NCBI RefSeq assembly: GCF_001194135.2
Contig: NC_068981.1
Coordinates: 58,538,377-58,602,376 of the forward strand
Length of the DNA: 64,000 nucleotides
DNA from: Octopus bimaculoides
Taxonomy: Eukaryota
Direction: 5' to 3'
The notes under the pieces are model-generated. The model ran no database searches. It was given only the letters and a program-made list of their open reading frames with translations, and had not been told where the DNA came from. Within the stretch, counting starts at the first letter, position 1; each line of letters starts with the position of its first letter. Both the position numbers and the translations under genes were made by a program. Positions 62,976 through 64,000 of the stretch are shown piece after piece.

Positions 62976-64000
62976 GGACCATCAACGAATGACAGGGACC
63001 TTCTCCTTGTAGCTGGTGATTTCAACGGTCATGTAGGACGTCATGCAGGGGGCTTCCATGGCATTCATGGAGGTTATGGCTTCGGTTTCCGCAAAGTGGA
63101 GGGAACCATACTGCTGGAGTTCTGTGATGCAAACGACCTTATGGTTTGCAATACCAACTTCAGGAAACCAGCCTGTCACCTACCGTTCCGGCAGACACTC
63201 TAGCCAAATCGACTACATCCTCGCCAGAAATAGGGAAAGAGGGCAGCTTGTAAATGCCAAAACCTTCCCTGACGAAGAATGTACCCCTCAACACAGGTTA
63301 GTAGTTAGCGACTTCAAAATCAAGGCAAAAAGGATGCCCAGATGTAGACCGGCTTGGAGGAGAAGGGTTTGGAAGCTTAAAGATCCTGCATATGGACAGA
63401 GATTTAGGGACATACTACTCGAAGCATTTGACAAAATAGAAGGGGATATAGCACCATATAACGTGGAAGACAACTGGAGGTTTCTACGGGACAACCTGTT
63501 GAGAGCCACCGATCAGATCTGTCCCGCAATGAGGAGGGAACCAGACTGCTGGAGTTCTGTGATGCAACCGATCTTATGGTTTGCAATACCAACTTCTGGA
63601 AACCTGCCTGTCACCTACCGATCCGGGAGACACTCTGGCCAAATCGACTACATCCTCGCCAGAATTAGAGAAAGAGGGAGGCTTGTAAATGCCAAAACCC
63701 TCCCTGGCGAAGAATGTACACTCCAACACAGATTAGTAGTCAGCGACTTCAAGATCAAGGCAATATGGGTGCCCAGAAGTAGACCGACTTGGAGGAGAAG
63801 GGTATGGAAGCTTAAAGACCCTGTAAATGGACAGAGACTTAGAGACGAGTTACTTGAAGCATTTGACGAAATAGAAGGGGATATAGCATCATACAACGTG
63901 GAAGACAATTGGAGATTTCTGCGGGACAACCTGTTGAGAGCCACCGACCAGATCTGTGGCTGGTGTAAAGTCCCCTCTCGACCCAGAGTAACGTGGTGGT
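62976..64000 (+). mobile_element. RTE LINE endonuclease region with an internal tandem duplication of about 433 bp; runs off the window
   Basis: AGDFNGHVG, LLEFCDAND, QIDYILAR; unit 1 about 63090-63522, unit 2 from about 63523. Confidence 0.92.

Overview
This is AT-rich, repeat-dense animal genomic DNA from a gapped draft assembly. The repeat set (RTE LINEs with (GAT)n tails, tRNA-derived SINEs, abundant microsatellites) suggests an octopus or other coleoid cephalopod; that is an inference, not a database result. I can support one host gene, which the ORF track misses because it is spliced: an RNF185/RNF5-family C3HC4 RING E3 ligase on the minus strand. Its coding exons are 28861-28704, 7372-7241, 2519-2465 and 2316-2199, all with GT-AG introns. 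The last exon (C-terminal TM segment) appears to lie left of the window. Almost everything else is decayed mobile DNA: Gypsy, HERO, R4/Dong, RTE, CR1-like and Penelope-like retroelements, mariner/maT/Tc1 transposons, hAT/Tigger/piggyBac-type MITEs, Helitron-like ends and three SINE families. There is also a U6 snRNA pseudogene. I found no novel protein-coding system, CRISPR array or prokaryote-type locus. The best leads are non-coding: (1) a TSD-flanked element combining a tRNA-like Pol III head, a decayed Penelope-type hammerhead ribozyme and 41-bp inverted repeats; (2) a CpG-rich 1-kb LTR-like element with promoter architecture and a small PPxY ORF; (3) an in-frame-skippable RING exon flanked by inverted RTE copies; (4) a minisatellite that flips orientation mid-array; (5) several perfect palindromes. 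All alignments and counts were done by eye.
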